In this document: positions 44,133-54,757 of the stretch, one piece after another
Numbering within the stretch: the first letter of the stretch is position 1
How the letters are laid out: the number at the start of each line of letters is the position of its first letter
Translations under genes and position numbers: made by a program
Source of the DNA: Bacteroidota bacterium
GTDB lineage: Bacteria; Bacteroidota; Bacteroidia; Bacteroidales; ML635J-15
Assembly (NCBI GenBank): GCA_034658655.1
Contig: JAYEFQ010000023.1
Span: forward strand, 18,374-82,373
DNA length: 64,000 bases
Direction: 5' to 3'
Notes under the pieces: model-generated
Database searches by the model: none
Seen by the model: the letters and a program-made list of their open reading frames with translations, nothing else
What the model was told of the DNA's origin: nothing

Positions 44133-44804
44133 ATGTACAAACAAACGATAGATAGATTGATACGCGAAGGTTACGAATTTGATATGAACCGCTATATTGA
44201 TCGAGGATATAAAATCTTTTCATCTAAAATGGGGCTTTTTGTTGGATATGCTGCTATTTATTTTTTAATTTCATTTATTGGAACTAGTAGCTCTGTTGGC
44301 CTTGTTAGTTTGGTCGTCAGAGGTCCTTTAATTGCCGGATTTTTTATTGTCGCAAATGCAATTGTTCGAAATGAACCTGTTACGTTTGCACGTTTTTTTG
44401 AAGGATTTAAAATTTTCCTTCCACTTTTCCTCGCAGAATTAATCTCTCAGATTTTTACAGGTATAGGATTTGTATTACTTATTCTTCCTGGAATTTATCT
44501 TGCTGTTGCATATTCATTTGCTGTTCCATTTGTCACATTCCTTAATATGGATTTTTGGGAAGCCATGGAAACCAGTCGTAAATTAATAACCCGAAATTTT
44601 TGGCCATTTCTCGGTTTCTTTGTTATCCTGACCTTGATTAATGTGTTTGGTGCTATTTTACTCGGTGTTGGCTTGTTGTTCACATTTCCAGCAACTTATT
44701 GCATGGTATATGCCGCATTTGAAGACATTGTCGGTAATGCAATCCGAGATGATGAAGCAAAGCAACAAAGTCAAACGGACGGTACCTATTATACTTACGA
44801 GTAA
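44133..44804 (+). CDS. integral membrane protein (DUF975-like), function unknown
   Basis: Four to five TM helices. No catalytic motif recognised. Confidence 0.5.
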   Translation: MYKQTIDRLIREGYEFDMNRYIDRGYKIFSSKMGLFVGYAAIYFLISFIGTSSSVGLVSLVVRGPLIAGFFIVANAIVRNEPVTFARFFEGFKIFLPLFLAELISQIFTGIGFVLLILPGIYLAVAYSFAVPFVTFLNMDFWEAMETSRKLITRNFWPFLGFFVILTLINVFGAILLGVGLLFTFPATYCMVYAAFEDIVGNAIRDDEAKQQSQTDGTYYTYE

Positions 44805-44825
44805 AAATTGCCAATTCGACTTCTT

Positions 44826-45326
44826 TCAAATCTTATTTATTAAGTCATTTAGTGTTTCCTTTTCAGGATAAAATATAAGCTCTGCTGTTTCGTATGCTTT
44901 TCGTCGTTTATCCATCATGTGTGGAACTTTTGATTGGAGTTCATCGCTTGTTAAATTTGATAGAAGTGGACGATTACCTGTTGTATCTTGTAACAGACGA
45001 TTAATAATTGTTTGTGTCGTAGTGTCAATGAAAATGCTGGTTCCTGCAGATTTTAATAGTCGGCGATTTGCTTCGGAAACCATAATGCCACCACCACACG
45101 CCATCACAAATGTTTCCTGTTGAGAAATTGTTTCTTTAAGTAAGTCGGATTCAATTCTACGAAATTCTGTTTCCCCTTTTGTGTTGAAAATATTCGGTAT
45201 GCTCATACCACTTTGAGTTTTTATAAGCTCGTCCAAATCTACAAATGGAAGTTTAAGCATTTGGGCTAATTGCTTTCCCAAATCGCTTTTCCCGCTTGCC
45301 ATAAATCCGACCAGAAAGATGCGCAT
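44826..45326 (-). CDS. aroK: shikimate kinase
   Basis: MRIFLVGFMASGKSDLGKQLA (P-loop) ...ACGGG... Confidence 0.9.
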   Translation of the reverse strand: MRIFLVGFMASGKSDLGKQLAQMLKLPFVDLDELIKTQSGMSIPNIFNTKGETEFRRIESDLLKETISQQETFVMACGGGIMVSEANRRLLKSAGTSIFIDTTTQTIINRLLQDTTGNRPLLSNLTSDELQSKVPHMMDKRRKAYETAELIFYPEKETLNDLINKI

Positions 45327-47926
45327 TATAAATTCAGCGTCATTTGATTTTGTTCATCCGTATCATTACTGTCCTCATCAGAATTATCAGAGTCTTCTGT
45401 CGGAATTTCTTTTTGTAATGGCTCGTCGAACTGAACACGTTTGGTTTCAAAGGTAGTCAGACGTTTTCCGCGTGCTTTATGACTTTTAATGGATATAAAT
45501 TCTTCAGCGTCAATCAGCTCATCTTCCTTGTCTTTGTTTTTTCCACCAAAAGTAATTCGAACTTGCGGCCATTTATCATCTGTTATATTCAGAAGTTTTG
45601 AGTCTTCAGCTTCCCCGATAAATAGCTGGGTAGTGCTGATTTCCTCGGCTTGAAAACGCTTGAGATAATAAAAGCCTTGCTCTGAATCGTAATGAATTAC
45701 TGTATAAACTTTGTCCGAATTGTATTTCTCAACTTTTAGAAGATTTTTTTCAAAATGATTTGTCAAATCGAAATTCATGAGCCTGTAATTTCCATCATCT
45801 AGGAAAACAATGATTTTGTCATCACCGAGAAATTCACCTAAGAATTCACCTCGCTGATCAACATTCAATCGCATGATATCTTTATCAAAATAAATTTTCC
45901 GACCACCAAGAGTTGATACACCTTTTTCTTTCATTGTGATTTTATGGACATCATGTTTTGTCAGGATATTTCCTTTACTCTGTCGTCCCTTGATGGCAAT
46001 TTCTTGAAAATCGAATTCAAATATCAGTTTACGGATTTTTGGTTTTGGTTTTAAATATACTTTAATAACTTCGGCTTCAGCATTAGGATTTGCTGTGAAA
46101 TACAACAGTCTCGAATGTTCATAACCTTGTGTTATGTCGTATGTTTTATCTCGCGTTACGCTGGTAACTGCAAAACGTTTAATGAATGTATTGCCGGTTT
46201 TTCCATCACGATACACAGCATCGTAAACAGTGCGCTTGTCGTTGCGTTTAAATACAGTAGCATGAATAATATCCTTCCCGATAAAGGCTTTTTCCGACAC
46301 CTTGGTAACGATATATTTCCCGTCTTTAAGAAAAACAATAATTTCATCAATGTCTGAGCAATCACAAATATATTCTTCTTTTTTCAGTCCGTAGCCAATA
46401 AATCCTTCCTTGAAATTTGCATAAAGTTTTTCATTTGCAATGACAACTTTTTGTGCTTGAATATTGTCAAAACTTCTAAGTTCTGTTCGACGTTCTCTGC
46501 CTTTACCGTAAGTTTTCTTTAGTCGTTTGTAATGATTAATTGTGTAGTCAATAATATTTTCAATATTCTGCTTTACAACTTCCAATTCTTCATTTAACTT
46601 GATCATTATTTCTTCTGCTTTATCAGCATTGTAACGGATAATTCGTTTCATACGGATTTCAAGCAGTTTAAGCAAATCTTCTTCGGTAATATTTCTTAAA
46701 AGTTTGTCCTTAATTTCTTCTGCTCGCTTAGCGATATGTTCTAACGCAGTTTGCGTGGTTTTTGCACTTTCGTAAGCATTGTCTTTATAAATCCTATTTT
46801 CAATAAACCAACGCTCCAGACTTGCCATATGCAATTCGTTTTCCAATTCGTGTTGGCGAATTTGCAATTCCAGTTTCAATAACTGCGTTGTGTTTTCTAC
46901 GGAAAGCTTCAGAATTTCCGTAGCACCCATAAAACGAGGTCTGTCATCGTCAATTACACAGGTATTTGGTGAAATTCCCACTTCACATTTTGTGAATGCG
47001 TATAGTGCGTCAATGGTTTTGTCCGATGATGTTCCGGCAGGTAGGCTAATTATTATTTCAACATCTTGTGCGGTATTGTCATCAATTTTTTTGATTTTGA
47101 TTTTTCCTCTGTCATTTGCATAAAGGATAGAGTCAATAACGGATGATGTGGTTTCACCGTAAGGTATTTCTGTGATTTTTAATTCTCTGTTTGATACTTT
47201 TTCCATGCGTGCTCTTACCCGCACTTTTCCACCGCGTAAGCCGTCGTTATATTTGGAAACATCGGCCATTCCTCCTGTCAAGAAATCAGGTAAAAGCTCA
47301 AATTTCTCATTTTTTAAATGTTTAATGCAGGCATCTAGAATTTCATTGAAATTATGCGGTAAAACTTTTGATGCCAAACCAACTGCAATTCCTTCTACGC
47401 CTTGAGTAAGCAGTAATGGAAATTTCATGGGAAGGGTTATTGGTTCTTTATTTCTTCCGTCATAAGTCGGTTTCCAGTTTGTTGTTTTTGCATTAAATAC
47501 AACATCTAAAGCGAAAGCAGTTAGCCGTGCTTCAATATAACGTGCTGCAGCTGCTCTGTCACCGGTTAAGGTGTTTCCCCAGTTTCCTTGCGTGTCAATT
47601 AATAGCTCTTTTTGTCCGAGTTGAACAAGCGCATCGCCAATTGAGCTGTCCCCGTGCGGATGAAATTGCATGGTATGTCCGACAATATTAGCAACTTTGT
47701 TGTATCGTCCGTCATCAAGTAGTTTCATGGAATGTAAAATCCGTCGCTGAACAGGTTTTAGCCCGTCATAAACATGGGGAACTGCACGTTCCAAAATGAC
47801 ATATGAGGCATAATCCAGAAACCAATCCTGATACATTCCCGAAAGTTTTGTAATTGTTCCGGCAGGATGCAATACTTCATTTTCTTCCTGTAGGTTATCT
47901 TGTTTATCTGTGTTTTCTGTATCCAT
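45326..47926 (-). CDS. parC: DNA topoisomerase IV subunit A
   Basis: ...RAVPHVYDGLKPVQRRILH...AAARYIEARL (catalytic Tyr region). Lies immediately downstream of the B subunit gene. Confidence 0.88.
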   Translation of the reverse strand: MDTENTDKQDNLQEENEVLHPAGTITKLSGMYQDWFLDYASYVILERAVPHVYDGLKPVQRRILHSMKLLDDGRYNKVANIVGHTMQFHPHGDSSIGDALVQLGQKELLIDTQGNWGNTLTGDRAAAARYIEARLTAFALDVVFNAKTTNWKPTYDGRNKEPITLPMKFPLLLTQGVEGIAVGLASKVLPHNFNEILDACIKHLKNEKFELLPDFLTGGMADVSKYNDGLRGGKVRVRARMEKVSNRELKITEIPYGETTSSVIDSILYANDRGKIKIKKIDDNTAQDVEIIISLPAGTSSDKTIDALYAFTKCEVGISPNTCVIDDDRPRFMGATEILKLSVENTTQLLKLELQIRQHELENELHMASLERWFIENRIYKDNAYESAKTTQTALEHIAKRAEEIKDKLLRNITEEDLLKLLEIRMKRIIRYNADKAEEIMIKLNEELEVVKQNIENIIDYTINHYKRLKKTYGKGRERRTELRSFDNIQAQKVVIANEKLYANFKEGFIGYGLKKEEYICDCSDIDEIIVFLKDGKYIVTKVSEKAFIGKDIIHATVFKRNDKRTVYDAVYRDGKTGNTFIKRFAVTSVTRDKTYDITQGYEHSRLLYFTANPNAEAEVIKVYLKPKPKIRKLIFEFDFQEIAIKGRQSKGNILTKHDVHKITMKEKGVSTLGGRKIYFDKDIMRLNVDQRGEFLGEFLGDDKIIVFLDDGNYRLMNFDLTNHFEKNLLKVEKYNSDKVYTVIHYDSEQGFYYLKRFQAEEISTTQLFIGEAEDSKLLNITDDKWPQVRITFGGKNKDKEDELIDAEEFISIKSHKARGKRLTTFETKRVQFDEPLQKEIPTEDSDNSDEDSNDTDEQNQMTLNL

Positions 47927-47928
47927 GT

Positions 47929-49764
47929 TTAATCAATAATTTCTTCGTAATTTCTTAGGTTCTCAATGATAAAATCCTGACGGTCAGGGGTGTTTTTGCC
48001 CATGTAAAAACTTAACATTTGTTTTAAATCGTCTTGTTTAGTAAGTTTTACCTGTTCAAGTCGTAAGCCTTCAGTAATGAAAAATTTAAACTCGTCAGGT
48101 GAAATTTCTCCAAGTCCTTTAAATCGAGTGACTTCTGATTTGCTTTTCAGTTTTCGTGCCACTTTATCTCGTTCTTCTTCGCTGTAACAATAATGGGTCT
48201 CTTTTTTGTTTCTGACACGGAATAGAGGCGTTTGTAAAATGAATAAATGCCCATTTTTTATCAAATCAGGGAAAAATTGTAAGAAAAAGGTGATAATCAG
48301 CAAGCGGATATGCATTCCGTCAACATCGGCATCTGTTGCGATAATGACGTTACGATAACGCAATTGCTCCAATCCTTCTTCAATATTCAGTGCTGCTTGC
48401 AATAGATTGAATTCTTCATTTTCATACACCACTTTTTTCGTTAACCCGTATGAGTTTAGTGGCTTGCCTCGCAAGCTGAAAACGGCTTGTGTGTTTACAT
48501 CACGTGCTTTTGTGATTGAACCGCTCGCTGAATCTCCCTCCGTTATGAAAATTGAACTTTCCAATCGGCGCTCATGATTTGTATTCAAATGTGCACGGCA
48601 ATCACGCAATTTTTTATTGTGAAGTGACACTTTTTTTGCACGATCTCTGGCAATTTTCTTAATTCCGCTGATGGCTTTTCGCTCTTTCTCATTGCTTTGA
48701 ATTTTCTTGAGCATGAGATCAGCCGTTTCTGGATTTTTATGTAAATAATCGTCTAACTGATTTTTAATAAATTCGTTAATGAAAGTTCGGATTGTCGGCC
48801 CTTTTGGCCCCATGTCTTTGGAGCCTAACTTTGTTTTGGTTTGCGATTCAAAAACCGGCTCTTCAATTTTTATACTGATGGCTGTTGAGATCGACATGCG
48901 AATATCCGACGCATCAAAATTCTTTCCGAAAAAATCTTTAATCGTTTTTACAATGCTTTCCTTAAAGGATGTTAAATGCGTTCCACCTTGTGGTGTGTAT
49001 TGTCCGTTGACAAAAGAATAATATTCTTCACCATATCCTTGCGAATGAGTGAGAGCAATTTCAATATCTCCATTTTTTAAATGAATGATAGGGTAAAGTC
49101 CTTCTGATCGCATTTTATCATTCAGCAAATCCAACAAGCCGTTACGACTGATGAATTTTTCTCCGTTGAATTCAATGGTAAGCCCTGAGTTTAGGAAGAC
49201 ATAGTTACGAAGCATTTCGTGAATGTGTTCTAAATTAAATTCATATTCACCAAAAACATCTTCGTCAGGCGTGAAAATTACTTCGGTTCCGTTTCGTTCT
49301 TTCCTCGGAACAATATCATATTCTTCTCTCAGGTAGCCTTTCTCAAAAAGCACTTCTTTTTTTTCGCCTTCGCGATATGCAAAAATGCGGAATTGTGATG
49401 AGAGTGCGTTTACGGCTTTAATCCCGACCCCGTTTAGTCCGACAGATTTTTTAAAAACCTTTGAGTCGTATTTGGCTCCGGTATTCATTTTTGATGTAAC
49501 ATCAACTAGTTTGCCTAATGGAATGCCGCGTCCATAGTCACGAATGCGTATGCTGTGTTCTGTTTGTTCAACCTCTATTTTTTTCCCGTTACCCATGGCA
49601 AACTCATCAATGGAGTTGTCAATAACCTCCTTGATAAGAATATAGATTCCATCATCGTAAGAGCTGCCATCACCGAGTTTTCCGATGTACATGCCAGGGC
49701 GTTTACGTATGTGTTCTCGCCATTCTAAGGTCTTAATACTGTCTTCTGTGTAGTTTTCGTTCAT
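47929..49764 (-). CDS. parE: DNA topoisomerase IV subunit B
   Basis: ...[14 protein letters not shown]...[10 protein letters not shown]...LRGKPLN...[14 protein letters not shown]. Confidence 0.88.
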   Translation of the reverse strand: MNENYTEDSIKTLEWREHIRKRPGMYIGKLGDGSSYDDGIYILIKEVIDNSIDEFAMGNGKKIEVEQTEHSIRIRDYGRGIPLGKLVDVTSKMNTGAKYDSKVFKKSVGLNGVGIKAVNALSSQFRIFAYREGEKKEVLFEKGYLREEYDIVPRKERNGTEVIFTPDEDVFGEYEFNLEHIHEMLRNYVFLNSGLTIEFNGEKFISRNGLLDLLNDKMRSEGLYPIIHLKNGDIEIALTHSQGYGEEYYSFVNGQYTPQGGTHLTSFKESIVKTIKDFFGKNFDASDIRMSISTAISIKIEEPVFESQTKTKLGSKDMGPKGPTIRTFINEFIKNQLDDYLHKNPETADLMLKKIQSNEKERKAISGIKKIARDRAKKVSLHNKKLRDCRAHLNTNHERRLESSIFITEGDSASGSITKARDVNTQAVFSLRGKPLNSYGLTKKVVYENEEFNLLQAALNIEEGLEQLRYRNVIIATDADVDGMHIRLLIITFFLQFFPDLIKNGHLFILQTPLFRVRNKKETHYCYSEEERDKVARKLKSKSEVTRFKGLGEISPDEFKFFITEGLRLEQVKLTKQDDLKQMLSFYMGKNTPDRQDFIIENLRNYEEIID

Positions 49765-49974
49765 TGCTAAAACCTGCTAATTTTCACAAAAATACAGATT
49801 TTTGGATAAATTACCCTCCGTTTATGCACTTGTTTATTAACAGCAAATCGTTGATAATGCAAGTATATGGGGAAATTGTTAATAAATTCATTTCCAGGTT
49901 CGGATACATTTTAATTAATGGATGTCGCAAAAATCTTATCTGATTTTGCCAATTTTCTTGAAGACGGAAATCTT

Positions 49975-50823
49975 TTATGCTTCTTCATAATAACTGATTT
50001 CATGTGTTTTATTAAGCATTAAGCCTTCTTCTTTTATCACATTGCCGTTATCATCAAAAATTGTTTTAGTCTCATTTTGCACATTCCCAGCGGCATCAAT
50101 ATTCCGCTCAATCTGTTCTTTGTTAGATGTGTACTCAATTTCAATACTCCCACTTGTTGGAGAAATTTGACGAGTAACCCGATTTTGTTCGTCATATGAT
50201 AAAAGATATTGATTGATGAGTTTTCCTTTGTGATTTAACACATTCATTCGCTCAATTTTATCACTCTCGTCTTTGTACGCATATTGACGGGTTTGAATTG
50301 GCTTTTTCCCTTTTCGTTCATATTCAGCTTGCTCAATAATTCGTCCTTTATCATCATATGTAAAAACCGTTTTTTGTACAAGTTTTTTACGATCGTCATA
50401 TTCTGCCCGCTCTGTTAGTTTTCCATGGGCTTCATGGTATTTAAACACATGTTTTTCCTCTACTTCACCATCCTCATCAATTTCTAATTCAATACGCTCG
50501 TTTGTTTCCGGATTATAATTGATTTTCCGTGTGCTGGAGTAACCTTCAGCATAGTCGGTGTGAATTTCTAATAATTGCCCGTTGTCGTCATATTTGAAGT
50601 TGTGATTTTCGGCAATTTCACTTTCTGAAAAATATTGTTTTTCCGTTAATTTCCGATTTTCGTTATCGTAAGTGAACTCTGATTTTTCAATAATAATTAC
50701 TGCTTCATCATACTTAATGCTTAGTACAATGTTTCCGCTTTTATCGTATTCGATATACTCTGATTTAATCGGTTCTTCGTTTATTTCTTGCAAGTAAGTT
50801 GTGATGTTTTTAATTTGTTTCAT
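49975..50823 (-). CDS. stand-alone YD (RHS-type) repeat protein with no signal peptide
   Basis: About 9 copies of x-Y-D-x-x-G-x-(L/I)-x-E: IEYDKSGNIV, FTYDNENRKLTE, FKYDDNGQLLE, FTYDDKGRIIEQ, LSYDEQNRVTRQ, IFDDNGNVIKE and others. Confidence 0.65.
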   Translation of the reverse strand: MKQIKNITTYLQEINEEPIKSEYIEYDKSGNIVLSIKYDEAVIIIEKSEFTYDNENRKLTEKQYFSESEIAENHNFKYDDNGQLLEIHTDYAEGYSSTRKINYNPETNERIELEIDEDGEVEEKHVFKYHEAHGKLTERAEYDDRKKLVQKTVFTYDDKGRIIEQAEYERKGKKPIQTRQYAYKDESDKIERMNVLNHKGKLINQYLLSYDEQNRVTRQISPTSGSIEIEYTSNKEQIERNIDAAGNVQNETKTIFDDNGNVIKEEGLMLNKTHEISYYEEA

Positions 50824-50918
50824 GTCCTTTTTGTTTGCGTTAAATTTTTCATAAAACTATTAAAAGAAAAATAAAATCAGTAACATTGTGCTTAAAATCT
50901 GTCTGTATTATTACTTTT

Positions 50919-51839
50919 ATGTTGAAACATTATCTTTTTATCGTTAATCCAAATGCTGCAAAAGGGAAAGCTGGGAAAGACTGGCTGCACATTGAGCGTT
51001 TGATACGAAAAAAAGACATTCATTATAAAGCTGTACTTACCACCGGTCCCGGAGATGCAATTAGTATTGTTGAAGAAGAGATAAGTCTTGGGTATAAATG
51101 CTTGATTGTTGTTGGTGGTGATGGAACTGTGAATGAGGTAGTTAATGGTGTTTTTCATCAGGAAATTGTGCCACCTGAAGAAATTAGCATGGGAATTATT
51201 CCCGTTGGGACGGGGAACGACTGGGCGCGGTATTATGGTATTCCTAAAAAATATAAAAAGGCATTGGAGTATTTGTTTTCTGGAGAGGCTCATTTTCAAG
51301 ATGTCGGAAAACTCACACACAGCATTGATGGAAATCCAGCCACACATTATTTTGTAAACATTGCTGGATTTGGTTTTGATGCTTTGGTTGTGAAAGCCAC
51401 CAATGACATGCAAGAGCGGGGAAACCGTATGGCCATTGCCTATTTGTTTAATCTGTTTCGTATGGCATTGTCTTATAAATCCCTATCGATGAAAGTGGAA
51501 ATTAATGATGAAGTGATTGAACGGAAATTATTTAGTATTAGCATTGGAAATGGAAAATACAGTGGTGGCGGAATGAAGCAAACACCTCATGCTGTTATTA
51601 ATGACGGTTTTTTTGATGTAACAATTTATGATGATATGTCAATATTCAAAATCGTTCGGAATGTGTTGAAACTTTATAATGGAAAAACACTTAAAGTTCT
51701 CGGGGTTCATGCTTATAAAACAAAACGACTGAATGTTCAGGATGGGCCGGAACTTCTCGCCGAAGTTGACGGAGAAATTATTCCCGAAGGTCCATTCGAA
51801 ATTGAAATAATGCCATCTGCCTTAAAAGTGTTGGTTTAG
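50919..51839 (+). CDS. diacylglycerol-kinase-family lipid kinase (YegS/BmrU type)
   Basis: LFIVNPNAAKGKA..., VVGGDGTVNEVVNG, IPVGTGNDWAR. I prefer the ATG at 50919 over the track's TTG at 50886. Confidence 0.85.
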   Translation: MLKHYLFIVNPNAAKGKAGKDWLHIERLIRKKDIHYKAVLTTGPGDAISIVEEEISLGYKCLIVVGGDGTVNEVVNGVFHQEIVPPEEISMGIIPVGTGNDWARYYGIPKKYKKALEYLFSGEAHFQDVGKLTHSIDGNPATHYFVNIAGFGFDALVVKATNDMQERGNRMAIAYLFNLFRMALSYKSLSMKVEINDEVIERKLFSISIGNGKYSGGGMKQTPHAVINDGFFDVTIYDDMSIFKIVRNVLKLYNGKTLKVLGVHAYKTKRLNVQDGPELLAEVDGEIIPEGPFEIEIMPSALKVLV

Positions 51840-51875
51840 AAGTCTCCTTAACATCTAATCATAAAAACAGAAATC

Positions 51876-52403
51876 ATGAAAAAGTCAATTTTATTATTAA
51901 ACGCCATTATGACAGTTATAGGATTAATGGTTATTATTATAAGTTGTAAAAATGAGGATGCAACTTAGTCAACTTCAAATGAAACGCTTCAAGCTTCGAA
52001 TGAATGTGAAGATTGCCCTGAATTAAAGAATGTAAGTTATCCTTTAATTTATAGAGGGAATTTTGATTATGCCATTAGTGATGGTGATGGCTTGTTTGTT
52101 TGTTATTTTAATGAAAATGATACTACAAATGAGTTTTTTGTTCTTCAGAAGGATGAGGGTGTTTTTCCACAAATAAGTAATATAACAGAATTGTACTTAT
52201 ATGAAGACGCATTCTATCTTAAAGCTAATGGAACATTGCTGATGTTTGCATTAAGTAGTGCAACTATTGAAAAGGCATTTGTGGGTCTTGTTACATCTCA
52301 GAATAGAACAGATGGTTATGGTGTTGCACATAGTAAAGAACCAGATACATCAAACAAAGCAGTCAGTGCTCTGGATACGTATATTGCACGTTTTGTTAAA
52401 TAA
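51876..52403 (+). pseudogene. lipoprotein gene interrupted by an in-frame TAG (51966-51968)
   Basis: From the ATG at 51876 the frame reads MKKSILLLNAIMTVIGLMVIIISCKNEDAT, then TAG, then STSNETLQASNECEDCPELKNV... with no further stop. It continues into the track ORF 52092..52403 in the same frame. Confidence 0.7.
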
Positions 52404-52552
52404 GAAAATGTGATTCAGGAGGTCATGGGGCAGGTGCTTGTAGTATTTCTGCCTTTAATCATTCATGTAATGTTACGTGTGAGTCAGGTTATTATGCATG
52501 TTGTATGCAATCATTAGGTGGACTGACTTGTAAGTGCAAAAAAAATGAATAA
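52400..52552 (+). other. start-less open frame encoding an 8-Cys peptide, possibly the frameshifted tail of the upstream gene
   Basis: My translation is IRKCDSGGHGAGACSISAFNHSCNVTCESGYYACCMQSLGGLTCKCKKNE, ending at TAA 52550-52552. There is no ATG/GTG/TTG before codon 36. The frame opens 1 nt before the stop of the previous ORF. Confidence 0.4.
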
Positions 52553-52783
52553 TTTAATTAATGAAAACGATTTATAGCTGCGGTAGCTAGTGCTAATAAA
52601 AAATCCTATATGGTATTATTATAAATGTTTAGGGGTTGTGATAAAACAAGCTTTATATTAAAACTGATTAAGGATTAAATTGTGAATAAAAAAAGCTTAA
52701 CTCCCTGAAATATAGTTAACAAAAAATCGTTTCTCTTTTTGATAAGCTTTTTTGTTAATCCTATAATTTCATGGAAAAATCCA

Positions 52784-52791
52784 TAACTTTG
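52784..52791 (+). promoter_or_regulatory. candidate -7 box (TAACTTTG)
   Basis: TAnnTTTG match 32 nt upstream of the ATG at 52824. Confidence 0.4.
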
Positions 52792-52823
52792 TAACAATTC
52801 AGTGTATCATAAAACAATGTATT

Positions 52824-54629
52824 ATGAATAAATTAAAATCAATGATGAAGCGAATTCTATGTTTAATTTTTCCAGTTTTGTTAAGTGTCTCAATGATGGC
52901 TCAAAACCTTGAATGGAAGTCATATACCTATAAAAATGGGAAAACTGAAAGTGAAGGTTATTTGAAAATGGGATTAGAATTTGGTCCGTGGAAATATTTT
53001 TCTGAACAAGGAAATCTTATTCAGAAGATTGATTATAAAGAAGGTGTCGTTAATGGAAAATTGATTTATTATTATCCTAACGGGAAGCGAAAAAATGAAG
53101 GAAATTTCCGTGATGGCGTGCAGATGGGCGAATATCTTGAGTTTTATCAAAATGGAAACTTAATGGTGCGTGGAAATTTCACTGAAAATGAAAAAGATAG
53201 CATTTGGGAATATTACCATTCAGACGGTGCCTTGCATATGAAAATGGATTTGTCCGGTGAAAAACGAAAAATCATTGAAACTTGGACAAAAAAAGGCAAG
53301 CAAATTGTAAAAGATGGAAACGGGCAGTTTGAAGAGTACCATGATAATGGGAAAATCCGCCGAAAAGGGAAGTTAAATCAAGGTTTAGAAACTGGAAAGT
53401 GGGAGTATTATTTTGAAAGTGGAAATATTGCTTCGTCTGGGAATTTTCGAAATAGCGAACGTTTCGGAACATGGACAGAATATTTCCCTGACGGGACAAA
53501 AAAGTCCATCTTAAATTACGAAAATGGGGAGAATAAACTCTGGTTTCAAAATGGACAACTTGCCATGGAAGGTCTTTTAAAAAGTGGAGAAAAACATGGC
53601 GAGTGGCGTTTCTATTATCGAACAGGAGAATTGCGTACTATTTTAAATTACAAGTTGGGTGTGCGTCACGGTGAACAAAAACGCCATTTTCTGAATGAAC
53701 AAGTTGAATCTGTTTTGCATTATCAAAACGATAAATTGTCGGGTGATGCTATATGGTATCAGGCCGATGGACAGGTGGATATTGAAGGACAGTTTAAGGG
53801 TGATTTGCAACATGGGTTATGGACATATTACCGTTCAAGTGGTGTGAAAGGGAATGAGGGTCACTTTGAAAACGATAAAATGACCGGCTTGTGGACTTAT
53901 TGGTACGATAATGGTCAAGTGTGGAAAAAAATTAATTATAAGGTTGATTTGAGACATGGGAAATATCAAGTCTTTTACGAAAATGGACAATTGTATCGTG
54001 ATGGAGAATATGATCATGATGTAGAAATCGGAGAGTGGACAGAATATCATGAAAATGGAAATAAAAGCTTGCAAGGACATTACACCAACGGAATTATGCA
54101 AGGAGCATGGACAAGTTGGTTCGATAACGGAATTAAACGAAGTGAAGTGAATTACGAAGATGGCTTAAAGTCAGGGAAGTCCACGACATATTATATCAAT
54201 GGCGAAAAACAAGTTGTGGAAAATTACTTGCTTGTTGATGTTGAATCGAGGGAGTTTATTGAGGGTTTTGATTATGATAAAAAGCCCGTTTTGCACGGAA
54301 GTTTTAAAAACTATTCCATGAAAGGTAAATTGCTAAATGTAGGCGAATATGATCACGGACAAAAAGTGGGTGAATGGAAGAATTACAACCAAAATGGTGA
54401 TCTTGTGCGACAGGAGGAGTATAATGACAAAGGTGAACCTCACGGAAAATGGAAAACATGGTACGGTCATGGAAGAGTTAAATCAGAAATCAACTATAAA
54501 AACGGAATGAAAGAAGGCAAGGTTATTTATTATACCCATCGTGGAGAAGTTATGTATGAAGCAAAATATAAAGGCAATCGAGCAGTAAAAGTGAAAGTGG
54601 ATAATGGTGAAAATATGAAATTTAATTAG
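52824..54629 (+). CDS. secreted MORN-variant (YwqK-type) repeat protein
   Basis: Signal peptide, then more than 20 repeats of G.W..Y(Y/H).NG....G.(Y/F)..G...G throughout. Confidence 0.8.
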   Translation: MNKLKSMMKRILCLIFPVLLSVSMMAQNLEWKSYTYKNGKTESEGYLKMGLEFGPWKYFSEQGNLIQKIDYKEGVVNGKLIYYYPNGKRKNEGNFRDGVQMGEYLEFYQNGNLMVRGNFTENEKDSIWEYYHSDGALHMKMDLSGEKRKIIETWTKKGKQIVKDGNGQFEEYHDNGKIRRKGKLNQGLETGKWEYYFESGNIASSGNFRNSERFGTWTEYFPDGTKKSILNYENGENKLWFQNGQLAMEGLLKSGEKHGEWRFYYRTGELRTILNYKLGVRHGEQKRHFLNEQVESVLHYQNDKLSGDAIWYQADGQVDIEGQFKGDLQHGLWTYYRSSGVKGNEGHFENDKMTGLWTYWYDNGQVWKKINYKVDLRHGKYQVFYENGQLYRDGEYDHDVEIGEWTEYHENGNKSLQGHYTNGIMQGAWTSWFDNGIKRSEVNYEDGLKSGKSTTYYINGEKQVVENYLLVDVESREFIEGFDYDKKPVLHGSFKNYSMKGKLLNVGEYDHGQKVGEWKNYNQNGDLVRQEEYNDKGEPHGKWKTWYGHGRVKSEINYKNGMKEGKVIYYTHRGEVMYEAKYKGNRAVKVKVDNGENMKFN

Positions 54630-54757
54630 AGTCTGTCCATAATGTCCGATTTCTGCGTTACGCTCGTATTTAAAACAGTCGATCCGCCAGCTGGCGGACT
54701 CCTTGGTTTGAAATACTTCGTAAGCTCCCGATTAAATGCGGGACAGGCTTTGAACTC
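54629..54757. repeat. 129-nt symmetric imperfect fold-back element
   Basis: Nested complementary blocks are equidistant from the palindrome ccgccagctggcgg (54684-54697). The pairs are gtattt/aaatac, ttacg/cgtaa, ctgtcc/ggacag and gagt/actc. Confidence 0.6.

Noticed and set aside
52417-52517. AGGAGG followed by an ATG (52425) opening a 30-codon hydrophobic ORF
   Set aside because: Bacteroidota generally do not rely on Shine-Dalgarno pairing. The peptide has no recognisable features, and the overlapping Cys-rich frame looks more protein-like.
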